Shown piece by piece: positions 24,397 through 25,086 of a stretch of 25,086 bases of DNA. The position numbers and the translations under genes were made by a program. This DNA comes from a bacterium (GTDB lineage Bacteria > Sysuimicrobiota > Sysuimicrobiia > Sysuimicrobiales > Humicultoraceae), in assembly GCA_041497675.1 (NCBI GenBank), contig JBGQGY010000042.1, positions 1 to 25,086 on the forward strand. Reading direction: 5' to 3'. The stretch's first letter is position 1, and each line of letters begins with the position of its first letter. Below the pieces are notes generated by a model. It did not search any database. It worked only from the letters and a program-made list of their open reading frames with translations, and was not told where the DNA came from.

Positions 24397-25086
24397 TTAC
24401 CTCACGTTCGCCCTCTGCTCCGACCGCATGGCGGTTTCGCGGCGGACGACGGGCGCGACCTCGGTCCCCAGCAGTTCGATGGCGCGCAGCACCTTGTCGT
24501 GCGGCATCGAGCCGACGGTCAGCTGCAGGAGGAACCGCTGATTGCCGAAGAGCTCGTGCTCGTAGAGGATCTTATCGATCACCTGCTGTGGGCTGCCCAC
24601 CAGCAGGGCGCCGCGCGGCCCGCGTTCCGCCTCGAACCGCGCCCGGGTCGTCGGCGGCCAGCCGCGCTCGCGACCGATCCGCGTCATCACCTCTGCAAAC
24701 GGCGGGAAGGCCTCATCCGCCGCCTGCTGCGACTCTTTGGCAATCCAGCCGTGCGAGTTGATGCCTACGGCAGGCGCGGGGTCGTGCCCGGCGCGTCGGG
24801 CAGCCTCTCGGTAGAGCTGCACGAGGGGCGCGAACCGCGCCGGCGCGCCGCCGATAATGGCAAGCGCCATGGGCAACCCGAGCGAGCCGGCGCGCACCAC
24901 CGACTCGGGCGTACCGCCGACGGCGATCCAGATCGGCAGCGGCCGCTCCGGCCTTGGGTAGACGACGAGATCCTTCAGGGCTGGGCGATGCTTTCCCGAC
25001 CAGGTGACGCGCTCGCCGTCTCGCAGCTTGACCAGCAGGTCGAGTTTTTCGGCGAACAGTTCGTCGTAGTCGTCGAGGTCGTAGCC
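24397..25086 (-). CDS. LLM-class flavin-dependent oxidoreductase (Atu2307/SP_0267-like); 5' end outside the window
   Basis: The frame is open from the window edge: [18 protein letters not shown]...[47 protein letters not shown]...IGRERGWPP...GALLVGSP. Confidence 0.88.
   Translation of the reverse strand, partial: GYDLDDYDELFAEKLDLLVKLRDGERVTWSGKHRPALKDLVVYPRPERPLPIWIAVGGTPESVVRAGSLGLPMALAIIGGAPARFAPLVQLYREAARRAGHDPAPAVGINSHGWIAKESQQAADEAFPPFAEVMTRIGRERGWPPTTRARFEAERGPRGALLVGSPQQVIDKILYEHELFGNQRFLLQLTVGSMPHDKVLRAIELLGTEVAPVVRRETAMRSEQRANVR

Overview
High-GC bacterial chromosomal window with about 23 protein-coding loci. I found no rRNA, tRNA, CRISPR array or recognisable mobile element. Left to right: a partial secreted stalk+AMIN protein (probable cell-wall amidase), an F420-type LLM oxidoreductase, an M3 oligoendopeptidase gene broken by a large out-of-frame internal deletion, pyk, a fused membrane/spermidine-synthase-like protein, a small basic protein, PhoD, a nitroreductase and an orphan PilX-like protein. 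Next comes a long minus-strand run (9563-19431), in transcription order: unknown membrane protein, VOC dioxygenase, class III cyclase-STAND-TPR protein, membrane-methyltransferase fusion, MocR regulator, PdxH/PhzG-like oxidase and thiol-dioxygenase-like cupin. The right end holds Hsp20, an RraA/HMG aldolase, two unknown envelope proteins, a PdxU/HmpT-like ECF S component, a divergent RtcA and a partial LLM monooxygenase. The best novelty candidate is the fusion protein (12649-14562). Its membrane domain carries two D-x3-H-x12-H motifs with the spacing of the PmoC/AmoC metal site and is joined to an Rv2952-like O-methyltransferase, directly downstream of the cyclase-STAND-TPR gene. All family calls come from reading motifs by eye; no database searches or folding calculations were run.
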